From Campylobacterales bacterium (GTDB taxonomy: Bacteria; Campylobacterota; Campylobacteria; Campylobacterales; Sulfurimonadaceae), in the NCBI GenBank assembly GCA_038205935.1, contig JBBRBK010000020.1, positions 1 to 31,122 on the forward strand: a stretch of DNA of 31,122 bases, read 5' to 3'. Of the stretch, positions 18,324-27,817 are shown piece by piece (position 1 is the stretch's first letter; each line of letters begins with the position of its first letter). Under the pieces are notes generated by a model. That model made no database searches and was not told the origin of the DNA. It saw only the letters and a list, made by a program, of their open reading frames with translations. Made by a program: the position numbers and the translations under genes.

Positions 18324-20775
18324 AAATCACTCCATATTTACTTGCTATTACCTGTAATGTTTCTTGTGCGCTGGCATAATCAAAGGCATTGATCTGATGA
18401 CTCAGTTTGTCATACAAAGTGGTATCTATACCGTTTTGCAGAAGTGTTTGAACTGTTTCATCATCCAAGAGACGATGTTTTTTTAACTTTTGGGAAATTG
18501 TTCTTATACACTCTGAGAGTTCCTCTATTTTAAGTTCATAAGTTTTTTTCGGTATTTCTTGCAACTGAGATAAGAATTTATCAGTTAATTTTCTAACACT
18601 TGCCAATTCTTGAAGTAATGTTCTATTAGAGGCCTCATTTTCATCCTTTAAATTTACCTCATACTCTTGTGCCAATTTTTGTAATTTCAGGGCTTTGAGG
18701 TTCCCTGCGGCACCTTGAATTTTATGCGCAAGCGCTTTAAAGCTTTCTACATCTTTGCTTACCATAGCCTTTTTAAAGTCATCTTCAATAGTTTGTAAAT
18801 CATAAGAAAAAGCACTGAGTGATTTTTGCATAAGATTTTCATCTCCGCTCAAATGCTCTTTAACACCTTCAAATGTAAATTTTTCATCCTCTTTTTTCTT
18901 GACTCTTGTGCTGTGGCCGAGCTCTTTTTGAATGTTTAAATATGCCTCTGCATCAAGATATCTTAAGAGAGTAAATGCGAGTTCTTCATCATCTATCGGT
19001 TTTGCGACATGATCATCCATTCCAGCTTGTTTCGTCGCGTCTTTATCACTTTGCATAGCTGCTGCCGTCATAGCGATGATTGGTTTTTTAAAGCCGTTTC
19101 TACGAAGTTTTTTCGCAGCTTCAAGTCCATTCATATTTGGCATTTGAATATCCATCAAAATCAGATCAAAATCTTCTTGTGCGACTTTATCTAAAGCTAT
19201 CTGTCCATCTTCAGCTATAGTTATAATAAGTCCCATTTTTTCTAAAAATCCCCTTGCTACGATACGGTTTGTCTCATTATCTTCCACTAGAAGTACTCTC
19301 TTATTTTTTATAGGCGCTATAAAAGAGAGATAACTGTTATTGTACGTACTGACTTTTAAATCATAAGAATGTTTTACTATATTTTTTTCTCTTGTTTTTG
19401 AAAGTGGTACTTTAAAAGAAAACGTGCTTCCCTTGCCCAGTGTACTTATTACTTTTATTTCTCCACCCATAAGTTCAACGAGTTTTTTTGAGATCACAAG
19501 ACCAAGTCCTGTTCCTCCATATTTTCTTGTCGTTGAACTGTCCGCTTGGACAAAAGGCTGAAACAGTTTTTTCAACTTCTCTTCATCTATTCCAATACCA
19601 GTATCTCTTACAAATATTTCAAGAAAAGTTTTTTCTTTATCAAAAAGAGTATCTACTCGAATGTGGATTGCACCCTTTTGTGTAAATTTAATAGCATTGC
19701 CCACAAGATTTCCTATAACTTGTGATAAACGCATCTTGTCGCCATCTATAACCTCAGGAACATTTGGTTCGATGTCAAAAATAAGTTCTAAATTTTTTTG
19801 AGTAGCTGCTACTCCAAAAAGTATATTTATCTGCTCCATCAGCTCTTGTGTCTGAAATGGGTAATTTTCAATTTCCAAACGATTTGCTTCTATTTTAGAA
19901 AAATCTAAAATTTCATTTAAGATATCAAGAAGAGCGTTCGATGATTTATAAATATTCTCAGCATAGTTTTTTTGCATCTCCAATAAAGGAGTATCAAGTA
20001 ATAGTTTAGAGAGCCCCATAACTGCATTCATAGGCGTTCTAATCTCATGTGACATATTGGCAAGAAAGTCACTTTTTAAGCGGTTAGATTCTTCGGCTAA
20101 ACTCTTAGCATCTTCGAGTAACTTGAGTGCTTCTTTTTGGATTTTAATATCACGGCAGACCGTAACACTTCCTATCATTTTATTATCTATTATCAAAGGG
20201 TTACTAGAGATTTCTACATCAATGAGGGTTCCATCTTTTTTAATAAATTTTTGCTCTCCAAAATAGCTTTTTAATTCTTTGATTGCAGTGTGTATTGCAC
20301 ATTGATCTGCAGAAACTTTTTTTGCATCTTGATATTCATAATGAAACAGGTCGTGTGCACAAGCACCTATCATCTCTTGCTCTGAGTATCCCAAATTTTT
20401 TACAGCTGCTTTGTTTACGCTTTGAATAACGCCATTAACATCCAAGGTGTACAAAGTATCATAAATAGTATCAGTAATAGAAGATAATTTTACATTAAGA
20501 GCAGTGAGTTTTCTTTCATATTCTTTGGCAAGAATCATTTCGGCTGCGCGTTTTTCTTTTTGTTTATTTTGAAAAACAAGTTCTTTATTCGCAAGAATCA
20601 GCTCTGCTGCGCGTTTTTCTTTCTCTTCATTTTGAAAGGCAAGTTCTTTATTCGCAAGAATCAGTTCTGCTTCACGTTTTTCTTTCTCTTGGGATTGTAG
20701 TTGCATAGTATTTTGTGACATGAAAGTTTTTTTTTCCATTTCTGTTAGACTTATCCATATTTTATTAATGATCAT
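18316..20775 (-). CDS. Soluble hybrid histidine kinase (coiled-coil repeats-PAS-HisKA-HATPase-REC-HPt); start uncertain
   Basis: SHEIRTPMN, NAIKFT, DTGIG, GGTGLGL, LMDIQMP, AHKIQGAAGNL; no TM segment. Confidence 0.92.
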   Translation of the reverse strand: MIINKIWISLTEMEKKTFMSQNTMQLQSQEKEKREAELILANKELAFQNEEKEKRAAELILANKELVFQNKQKEKRAAEMILAKEYERKLTALNVKLSSITDTIYDTLYTLDVNGVIQSVNKAAVKNLGYSEQEMIGACAHDLFHYEYQDAKKVSADQCAIHTAIKELKSYFGEQKFIKKDGTLIDVEISSNPLIIDNKMIGSVTVCRDIKIQKEALKLLEDAKSLAEESNRLKSDFLANMSHEIRTPMNAVMGLSKLLLDTPLLEMQKNYAENIYKSSNALLDILNEILDFSKIEANRLEIENYPFQTQELMEQINILFGVAATQKNLELIFDIEPNVPEVIDGDKMRLSQVIGNLVGNAIKFTQKGAIHIRVDTLFDKEKTFLEIFVRDTGIGIDEEKLKKLFQPFVQADSSTTRKYGGTGLGLVISKKLVELMGGEIKVISTLGKGSTFSFKVPLSKTREKNIVKHSYDLKVSTYNNSYLSFIAPIKNKRVLLVEDNETNRIVARGFLEKMGLIITIAEDGQIALDKVAQEDFDLILMDIQMPNMNGLEAAKKLRRNGFKKPIIAMTAAAMQSDKDATKQAGMDDHVAKPIDDEELAFTLLRYLDAEAYLNIQKELGHSTRVKKKEDEKFTFEGVKEHLSGDENLMQKSLSAFSYDLQTIEDDFKKAMVSKDVESFKALAHKIQGAAGNLKALKLQKLAQEYEVNLKDENEASNRTLLQELASVRKLTDKFLSQLQEIPKKTYELKIEELSECIRTISQKLKKHRLLDDETVQTLLQNGIDTTLYDKLSHQINAFDYASAQETLQVIASKYGVIYE
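20521..20693 (-). repeat. 63-bp in-frame tandem repeat (about 2.6 copies) encoding ELILANKELAFQNEEKEKRAA
   Basis: GCAAGAATCA recurs at 20528, 20591 and 20654. Confidence 0.9.
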
Positions 20776-20905
20776 ATTTTCTAAACAGTTATTTATTCAG
20801 TTGAAATCCATTGCTTGTTAAGGTTTAGATTATACCTTTTTTCAAATTCATTTGATGCTATAGAATCTAACTAAAGGTGTCGTCTTTTTTATACGATTGC
20901 AGATT

Positions 20906-22534
20906 TTAATGTAAAACAATATAAAAAAGTAAAACAAGATTAAGTACAAACATCACTATAAACGCAGTTCTATAAAATAGCAAAGGCGATCTTTGGATGA
21001 TAGAGCTGTTTTTTGGAAAAAATGGCTTTACATGTAAGGGATTTTGTAGCTCATAGAGCATCTCTGAATAGTGCTGATATCTTCTGTCTGTCTCGATAGC
21101 AATGGAGCGAAGAATCACACTGTCCAGCCATGCAGGAATATTTTTGTTATAAACGCTTGGCTTTTTTGCCTCTTTAAAAACTGGTGTAACAAAAGGCTCA
21201 ATCTCGCCGTAAGGATATTTTTTCGTGAGTGCTACGTAGAGTAAAACACCGATAGAAAATATCTCCGTTGTTTCACTCATAGCTTCGTTTTGAAACCTTT
21301 GTGGAGAAAGATAACTTGGTGTTCCCGCTCGTGAATCGCTTGAAAATATCTCAGTGACACTTCCAAAATCGATGATCTTAAATTTTATCGTCTCACCTAT
21401 CAATATCATGACATTATTTGTTTTGATATCACCGTGTACAAGGTCAAGTTTGAGTAGATATTGCGACATATTTAAAAGAGTTTTGGCTAGTTCTATCGTA
21501 GCATCGATGCTTAACTGCCGTTTACGAAAATAGCTATTAAGATCTTCGCCGCCTATAAGTTGCATAATGTAATAACGAGAACTTCGTTTTCTAGGAATCA
21601 CCGCTTTAGGGAAGAACTTAGATCTCAGTCTTTTGGCATTCCATGCTTCTTTGACATAAAGATCTATCACAGCTTCATCGTCAAGTGCTTCAAGGGGGGC
21701 AAATTTGATGACATATTCTCTTGATTTTTTAGAACATCTCCAAGTTCGGTTATTTTGAATCAGTGACTCTTCTAAAACAAATCCATCTATGATCTGCCCT
21801 TTTTTCAAAGTTTCAGGAATCGGTAAAATTTGCTGTTTTAAGATAACAAGTTCATCCGCTTTAAGTATCTCCACAACCACTGCTGTCGTATCATCTGGCA
21901 GGTCGTGTTGCATGATCTTACTTGCTTTTTTAACTAAGCCATGCGCACCAAAAGGCAAGCCGCTTATAAGGCGTCTATTGTCCATTATGCTATAAAGCCC
22001 ATCACTGCAAAGCAAAATCTTGTCATTTTTTTGAACAATATTTTCAAAATAATAGGGAGAAACTTCTTTAGAGATTCCTATCGCTTCAGTGAGAACGCCC
22101 TCGTATCCACTCTCTTGCATCGCATGATCTTGTGAGAGTTGCGTGAGCTCATTTTCTCTGTGCATGTAAACTCTGCTATCACCGACATTAACGCCATAAA
22201 GATGATTTCCCTCTATAACAATAAGTGCGAGAGTGGTAACAAGTTCTGAAGCCTCATAATTGATCTGTGATTCTTGATAAAGAATAGAGTTGATCGATTC
22301 TACAAAGGTGAGGATTGATTTTTCGATGCTCCAGCTTTTTGGACGTGTTTTGAAGTTATTAATAAGATAAGAAGTAACTCTTTGTGCCGCTTCACGTCCG
22401 CCAGAGGCACTTCCTACACCATCACACACTATGGCGATGGTAAGATCGCCAAGCGTTTTTACTTCATAAACATCATCACCAACAAGTTTTTTTCCCTTTG
22501 CAAGGGTAAATCCTGAACTTTTTATGTTGGTCAT
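20906..22534 (-). CDS. Bifunctional PP2C phosphatase-Ser/Thr kinase with C-terminal TM helix
   Basis: VCDGVG, NVGDSR, LCSDG, DDTT; VIK, HGDIK, IDFG, GTPSY. Confidence 0.88.
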   Translation of the reverse strand: MTNIKSSGFTLAKGKKLVGDDVYEVKTLGDLTIAIVCDGVGSASGGREAAQRVTSYLINNFKTRPKSWSIEKSILTFVESINSILYQESQINYEASELVTTLALIVIEGNHLYGVNVGDSRVYMHRENELTQLSQDHAMQESGYEGVLTEAIGISKEVSPYYFENIVQKNDKILLCSDGLYSIMDNRRLISGLPFGAHGLVKKASKIMQHDLPDDTTAVVVEILKADELVILKQQILPIPETLKKGQIIDGFVLEESLIQNNRTWRCSKKSREYVIKFAPLEALDDEAVIDLYVKEAWNAKRLRSKFFPKAVIPRKRSSRYYIMQLIGGEDLNSYFRKRQLSIDATIELAKTLLNMSQYLLKLDLVHGDIKTNNVMILIGETIKFKIIDFGSVTEIFSSDSRAGTPSYLSPQRFQNEAMSETTEIFSIGVLLYVALTKKYPYGEIEPFVTPVFKEAKKPSVYNKNIPAWLDSVILRSIAIETDRRYQHYSEMLYELQNPLHVKPFFPKNSSIIQRSPLLFYRTAFIVMFVLNLVLLFYIVLH

Positions 22535-22543
22535 CGTCTCTCC

Positions 22544-23824
22544 TTAAATTCTACCGCCGGCTTGTAAACCCCAAGTAGTTCTCCATCTTGTTTTAACAAA
22601 ACTAATACCTAGTATTGCAAGTAAAACAACTCCTGCAAAAAGTGTAAATCCAGCCCAGTAGCCATCAAATACACCTTTACTCCATCCAAAAGTCTGGATA
22701 AGCGCTGATCCGCCAAGACCGCCAGCCGCACCTATAATTCCCGTCATTATACCGATATCTTTTCCAAACCTTTGAGGCACAAGCTGAAATACCGCACCGT
22801 TTGCCATACCAAGATTTGCCATGATCAAAAACATTACTAAGATCGCAAAATAAAACGGCAATGTGATAGCCGCACTTAGTATTGCCATTGCAGCTACCGT
22901 TGTATAAAAGAAATAAAGTGATTTTACTCCACCCATTTTATCTGCTATAGCTCCACCAACTGGACGAAGGACGGCGCCTGCAAAGATACATAAAGCTCCA
23001 AAATAACCTGCTACGACTTTGACATTACTCTCATCTAAAAAGTCAAGACCAAAAGCACTCATATCAGCTTCGTACGTACCCATCAAATACACTTTCATAT
23101 ATCCAGCAAATCCAACAAACCCACCAAAACTCACCGCATAAAAAAGGTTAAACCACCAAGTATCTTTGTCTTTGAGTAATTTTCCGTAATCTTTTAATTT
23201 TTTTGGACGCGGCGTATACACTTCAAGAGGAGCATTTTTTGCCATAAACATGTATGTCACAAAGATGATGCTTGAAAGCACAGCGCCAACTAAAAATACC
23301 GACTGCCATCCCCAAAACTGCGCGATCTTTGGAGCAAAAAGAAAGTCGATAACCACACCGATATTTCCAGCACCTGCAATTCCAAGAACAACACCTTGAA
23401 GCTTCGGCGGATACCACTGACCAGCTTGAGGCAGAGCAACTGCAAACGATGCACCTGCAAAACCAAGACCAAACGCAACCATTATAAGTTCATTATAAGA
23501 AATGCCCTCACCTCTGAAATATGCATAAAACAGCACAGCGATAACAATAGCTTGAGAAACAAGTGCCGTCGCTTTTGCACCAAACTTATCTACACCAAAC
23601 CCGAGCACTATACGAAGAATCGCACCTGAAAGAATAGGAATAGAAAGAAGAGTCGCTTTTGCTGAAGCACTCATCACAAATCCACCAGCTGCCAATGACT
23701 CACCTATCTCCGTTGCGAGTGGCCCAAGCATAGTCCACACCATAAAACTAAAATCAAAATACAAAAATGCCGCCAATAATGTCGGCCAATGTCCCTGTCC
23801 TTTTAACTCTTTAAAACCCGCCAT
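22544..23824 (-). CDS. Nitrate/nitrite MFS transporter (NarK/NasA family)
   Basis: GHWPTLLAAFLYFDFSFMVW, GFAGASFAVALP, GIAGAGN, LRPVGG, GMANGAVFQLVPQRF. Confidence 0.92.
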   Translation of the reverse strand: MAGFKELKGQGHWPTLLAAFLYFDFSFMVWTMLGPLATEIGESLAAGGFVMSASAKATLLSIPILSGAILRIVLGFGVDKFGAKATALVSQAIVIAVLFYAYFRGEGISYNELIMVAFGLGFAGASFAVALPQAGQWYPPKLQGVVLGIAGAGNIGVVIDFLFAPKIAQFWGWQSVFLVGAVLSSIIFVTYMFMAKNAPLEVYTPRPKKLKDYGKLLKDKDTWWFNLFYAVSFGGFVGFAGYMKVYLMGTYEADMSAFGLDFLDESNVKVVAGYFGALCIFAGAVLRPVGGAIADKMGGVKSLYFFYTTVAAMAILSAAITLPFYFAILVMFLIMANLGMANGAVFQLVPQRFGKDIGIMTGIIGAAGGLGGSALIQTFGWSKGVFDGYWAGFTLFAGVVLLAILGISFVKTRWRTTWGLQAGGRI

Positions 23825-23873
23825 CTCATCTTCCTTAAACTTAATTTTTCATTAACTACTTTCAAACAGCAAA

Positions 23874-23882
23874 AGTATAGCA
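23874..23882 (-). promoter_or_regulatory. Extended -10 (TGCTATACT) for the transporter operon
   Basis: TGn+TATACT about 50 bp upstream of the ATG. Confidence 0.55.
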
Positions 23883-23910
23883 ACAAAGTAACTTTAAAAT
23901 AACCATCTTA

Positions 23911-23929
23911 TTGATTAAAATTTAATCAA
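23911..23929. promoter_or_regulatory. Perfect 9-1-9 palindrome TTGATTAAA-A-TTTAATCAA, putative regulator site
   Basis: Centred between divergent nitrate transporter and nitrite reductase promoters. Confidence 0.7.
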
Positions 23930-23956
23930 CTAATTGTTAATTTTACATTAAATGGA

Positions 23957-23965
23957 TGTTAAGAT
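23957..23965 (+). promoter_or_regulatory. Extended -10 (TGTTAAGAT) for nitrite reductase
   Basis: TGn+TAAGAT upstream of GGAGA SD and ATG 23992. Confidence 0.5.
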
Positions 23966-23991
23966 TTCTGCACAATACTTGGAGAAGAATA

Positions 23992-25905
23992 ATGCAAAAG
24001 CTAGAAGAAGCGTTTATCGCAAGAAGTAAAAAAGTCAATAAGATAGAAGAGATAAAAATCCTCAAAAATCCGATGGATGTGTTTTCAAAACTCGATGAGT
24101 ATGCACAAAACGGCTACGATTCCATTCCTGATGAAGATAAAAAATATTTTCTCAAATGTTTTGGTATCTATGACAAAGATGGACTGACACCCAAGCAGTT
24201 TATGATGCGCGTTCGTGTTGCGGGAGGACATTTAAACTCTACTCAAGCGAAAGCTATCGGCGAAGTCGCACGGGATTTCGGACAGGACTATATAGACATT
24301 ACCACTCGCGCGCAGATAGAATTGCGATACTTAGATATAGAAAACATCCCTACACTTCTGCGACGTTTACAGGAAGTCGGCATCGACTCTTTTCAAACAG
24401 GTGTTGATAACTTTAGAAATATCGTCAACGATCCTTTGGACAAATATGCATTTGATAATGTTTTAGAATCACAGAGCCTTTTGGAAAAACTCCAAAGCCA
24501 GTTTTTACACGATCCTGCGTGGATAAGCGCGCTTCCAAGAAAGTTTAACACTTCTATCTCAGGCTCACTCTCAAACAGATGTAACGTCTTTGGGCACGAC
24601 TGCTGTTTTATCCTCGCTCAAAAAGATGGAGTGTATGGATACAACATGTATCTTGGCGGAAAAGTGGGCGAAGTAGCAAAGAGTGCAGATATCTTTTTAT
24701 CTTCTCATGAAGAGGTTACATGCGCTTATGCGTCTATCGTCGATCTTTTCAAACGCTTTGGTTTTCGTGATAATAGAAACAAAAACCGCCTCAATTACTT
24801 AATAGAAGAGGTCGGCATGAGCGAGATCAGCTCTGCAATTCGTGAAAATGCCGACATTGACTTTGCAACTGCAGGGGAAACAATGACGGCTCTTGATTTC
24901 TCCGACGCCGACCACGGAAAAGTTCAACTTCGAGATGGAAGTTTTGGTGTGCATATAGTCGTTCCATCGGGGATTTTTAGCGGAAGCGATCTCTTACATG
25001 TAAGCGATCTGAGTGAGAAATATGGCAATGGAGAAGTAAGATTTAGCACAGGTCAAAATATCTATATCTTGGGTGTAAAAGATGTGCCTTCACTTTTAAG
25101 CGAGAGCTTTTTCGAGAAATACAAAAACATCAATACGCCCTACTTTAACAACCTCATCGCATGTGCGGGAACAAAACACTGTTCATTTGGCGTTATAGAA
25201 AACAAACAAGACGCTATCGATATGGCGACATATTTGGGTGAAGCCGTGCCTCTTGAAGAGGGACGCGTGAGAATGTATTGGTCTGCATGTGTCAAAGGAT
25301 GCGGACTTCATGGACTTGGCGATGTCGGCTTTGAGGGATGTAAGGCAAAAGTGAATGGCGTAACAGAAGATGGCGTTCATATCTCACTTGGTGGAAAGCT
25401 TGTAAGTGAAGGATTGGAAGGTTACAGCGTCATCAAAGCCGCTCCTCTGAGATTTGCCCGTTTTTATGTGGAAAGTCTCATGCTTGAATACAAAAAATTA
25501 CGCTTAAAAAATGAACCTTTTGAAAAGTTTCACGACAGAGTTTTAAACAACTACACTTCTGCGTATATAGGATTTTTTATGCAGTTAAACGCATATCTAA
25601 GAGCTCAAAATATAGCGCTAGAAATCGATATAAATAAAATAGGCAATACAGGTAAAAATGAGGAGTTCGAACTCTTTGAGCTAGGACGTAAACTCTATTT
25701 TACCCTTGCAAAAAGAGAGCCTTACTCGGCGTATGCAAGATTTACAAATGAGAACAAAAGAGAAAAGCCAGAAGACATAAGAAAAATAGCCTTAGAAGGC
25801 TTACATGTAAACGAAAATCTCGCTCAAATGATAGAAAAAATGCTCACAAATGACTACAGAGCTGTCGTATTTTCAGAACTCACACAGTTTGTGCAACTCG
25901 CTTAA
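23992..25905 (+). CDS. nirA: Ferredoxin-nitrite reductase (siroheme/[4Fe-4S])
   Basis: FMMRVRV, DITTRAQIE, LPRKFN, ACAGTKHC, SACVKGC; nitrate-transporter context; SD at 23981. Confidence 0.85.
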   Translation: MQKLEEAFIARSKKVNKIEEIKILKNPMDVFSKLDEYAQNGYDSIPDEDKKYFLKCFGIYDKDGLTPKQFMMRVRVAGGHLNSTQAKAIGEVARDFGQDYIDITTRAQIELRYLDIENIPTLLRRLQEVGIDSFQTGVDNFRNIVNDPLDKYAFDNVLESQSLLEKLQSQFLHDPAWISALPRKFNTSISGSLSNRCNVFGHDCCFILAQKDGVYGYNMYLGGKVGEVAKSADIFLSSHEEVTCAYASIVDLFKRFGFRDNRNKNRLNYLIEEVGMSEISSAIRENADIDFATAGETMTALDFSDADHGKVQLRDGSFGVHIVVPSGIFSGSDLLHVSDLSEKYGNGEVRFSTGQNIYILGVKDVPSLLSESFFEKYKNINTPYFNNLIACAGTKHCSFGVIENKQDAIDMATYLGEAVPLEEGRVRMYWSACVKGCGLHGLGDVGFEGCKAKVNGVTEDGVHISLGGKLVSEGLEGYSVIKAAPLRFARFYVESLMLEYKKLRLKNEPFEKFHDRVLNNYTSAYIGFFMQLNAYLRAQNIALEIDINKIGNTGKNEEFELFELGRKLYFTLAKREPYSAYARFTNENKREKPEDIRKIALEGLHVNENLAQMIEKMLTNDYRAVVFSELTQFVQLA

Positions 25906-25914
25906 AAAACTCTT

Positions 25915-26733
25915 TTAGCCAAGAATATGGCTTAAAGAGGAATAGATATCGTTATAACGAAATTTAAATCCAGCACTCATCAAAGCGCGCGGATAGATCT
26001 CTTTTGATCCTGTGAGCACCGTGGAAGCTTCGCCGTAGATGAGTTTTAAGACAAATACCGGCAAAGGAAAAATCGTTGGGCGATGCAAGACACTTCCTAA
26101 TGATTTTGTAAACTTATAGTTTGAAACAGGCTGTGGAGCGGTAGCGTTGAAGATTCCTTCGAGTTTATTTTCTATCACAAACTCATATATTCGCATCAGA
26201 TCATCCAAGTCAATCCAGCTTGTCATCATTTTCCCATCACCGATAATGCCACCGACACCAAGGCGAAACGGAAGAAGCATCTGTGAAAGCGCTCCACCAT
26301 TTGCTCCCATGATCACACCAAAACGAAGAATAGTCGTAGGCTTGTTACATGTAAGCGCTTCTGCTTCCCATGCAGATGCCAAAGTGCCTAAAAAATCCGG
26401 CGCTATCTCTTGTGTGGTTTCATCACACGCTTTATCATCAGGATAGATTCCAATGGCCGAAGTGGAGATAAACTGTTTTACATCACTTTTATTTATCGCA
26501 CTCACAAGTATTGTTGTCGTGTCTATACGGCTCGAATAAAGCACTTTTTTATACTTCTCATTCCACTTTTTGATGATAGGCGCGCCCGCAAGATTGATGA
26601 CAACATCCACGCCCTGAAGTTTTTGTAAAATTTTCACCTCATCATCGTTACGACCTATTGAAACACACTCTGGAAATATTTTTTGTAGAGCCGTTCCTAC
26701 AAAACCGCTCGCACCCGTTATGGCTACTTTCAT
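25915..26733 (-). CDS. TIGR01777 family NAD-dependent epimerase (YfcH-like)
   Basis: ITGASGFVG, INLAGAPI, SRIDTT, SAIGIY, FNATAPQPVSN. Confidence 0.9.
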   Translation of the reverse strand: MKVAITGASGFVGTALQKIFPECVSIGRNDDEVKILQKLQGVDVVINLAGAPIIKKWNEKYKKVLYSSRIDTTTILVSAINKSDVKQFISTSAIGIYPDDKACDETTQEIAPDFLGTLASAWEAEALTCNKPTTILRFGVIMGANGGALSQMLLPFRLGVGGIIGDGKMMTSWIDLDDLMRIYEFVIENKLEGIFNATAPQPVSNYKFTKSLGSVLHRPTIFPLPVFVLKLIYGEASTVLTGSKEIYPRALMSAGFKFRYNDIYSSLSHILG

Positions 26734-26758
26734 GTTACACCTCCAAAAATTTGAATCA

Positions 26759-26802
26759 ATTATATCGTGTCTTTTAGAGAGTTTGTAGAACTATTTTGTC
26801 AG
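26759..26802 (-). promoter_or_regulatory. Promoter: -10 TATAAT (26759-26764), 17-bp spacer, shared motif (26782-26802)
   Basis: Plus strand TTTGTAGAACTATTTTGTCAG upstream of the TIGR01777 gene. Confidence 0.8.
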
Positions 26803-26803
26803 T

Positions 26804-27817
26804 CTATAGATTTTTAACTAAAAGCTTCTGTGCAATTTTCTTAGCATTAATAAGTGCACCTTCAAGATAACCGCCCTCTTTATAAGAAAACTCTGTCGAG
26901 CTAAAAAGTAGTTTTCCCTCAAAATGCTGGGCATCGATGCCATAGGATGGATGTGAACTTAAGGAATTTCGATCTTCTTTCACAGAAGTAAAACGCTCCT
27001 CTTTCCAGTCGAGAAAATAAACAGCTTTGATCTCACTTGGGTCAATACCAAAAATCCGTACCATTTGATCTATGACTTTGGTTTTCATCTCATCCGCGTT
27101 TACATTTAGACTTACAAAACCAAAAAGTGCGGCTTTATCTTCAGTACACGCATCATGGATCTCACTGAGTGGTCCTTGATTTGAAAATACAAAACCGCTA
27201 AGTCCCTTTTCTCTCCAAAATGCAGAGCTAAATTCCACAACACATTTTGCACTGTTGCCCATCCATGTCTGAGTGGCTTGCATTGTTTCTTGAAGAGATT
27301 TTTCTAAGGGTGGATCGTACGTCACTTGAGTGCAGAGTCTTGGAGGCAAGGTCATGATAAGATAATCACTTTCATAAGATCGGCTTTGTGTCGTAGCGAT
27401 GATGGCATTGTCTTGAAGCTTTACATGTAAGAGTTCTTGCTCTAAAATTATTTGCGTATTTGTAAGAGTTTTAGAAAGTTTTTCTATCAGTTTTGACAAA
27501 GAACCCTCCACTCTTGCCGAAGGCGATGATGGCGGAGGAGAGAAATGTTCAACTTTGTTTTGCGTATCAAAAAGAGCATACCCTTTGTCGTACTGTCGAA
27601 AAAGTTCCAAGCCCAGATTATTTAAAAGAGCTTGCATATTTGTATGATGCGGCCAGATCCAAGATGGCCCAAGATCGTGTCCGTCTTGTGAGTAAATCCT
27701 CCCACCAATGCGATCTCTTGCTTCAAGCAAAGTAACATCAAACTCTTTTTGTAAAAGTGATGCAAGGTACAAGCCGCTCAGTCCTGCTCCAACGATGATG
27801 AGCTTTTTTTTATTCAT
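26804..27817 (-). CDS. Flavin monoamine-oxidase-family oxidoreductase
   Basis: VGAGLSGL, EARDRIGGR, DLGPSWIWP, GGYLEGA. Confidence 0.88.
   Translation of the reverse strand: MNKKKLIIVGAGLSGLYLASLLQKEFDVTLLEARDRIGGRIYSQDGHDLGPSWIWPHHTNMQALLNNLGLELFRQYDKGYALFDTQNKVEHFSPPPSSPSARVEGSLSKLIEKLSKTLTNTQIILEQELLHVKLQDNAIIATTQSRSYESDYLIMTLPPRLCTQVTYDPPLEKSLQETMQATQTWMGNSAKCVVEFSSAFWREKGLSGFVFSNQGPLSEIHDACTEDKAALFGFVSLNVNADEMKTKVIDQMVRIFGIDPSEIKAVYFLDWKEERFTSVKEDRNSLSSHPSYGIDAQHFEGKLLFSSTEFSYKEGGYLEGALINAKKIAQKLLVKNL

Noticed and set aside
20521..20693. CRISPR array
   Set aside because: Repeats are contiguous, in-frame coding units with no spacers and no cas genes.
23911..23929. Canonical FNR box
   Set aside because: TTGAT and ATCAA are 9 bp apart, not 4.
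25906..25914. Terminator between convergent nirA and TIGR01777 genes
   Set aside because: Only a 9-bp gap and no convincing stem-loop.
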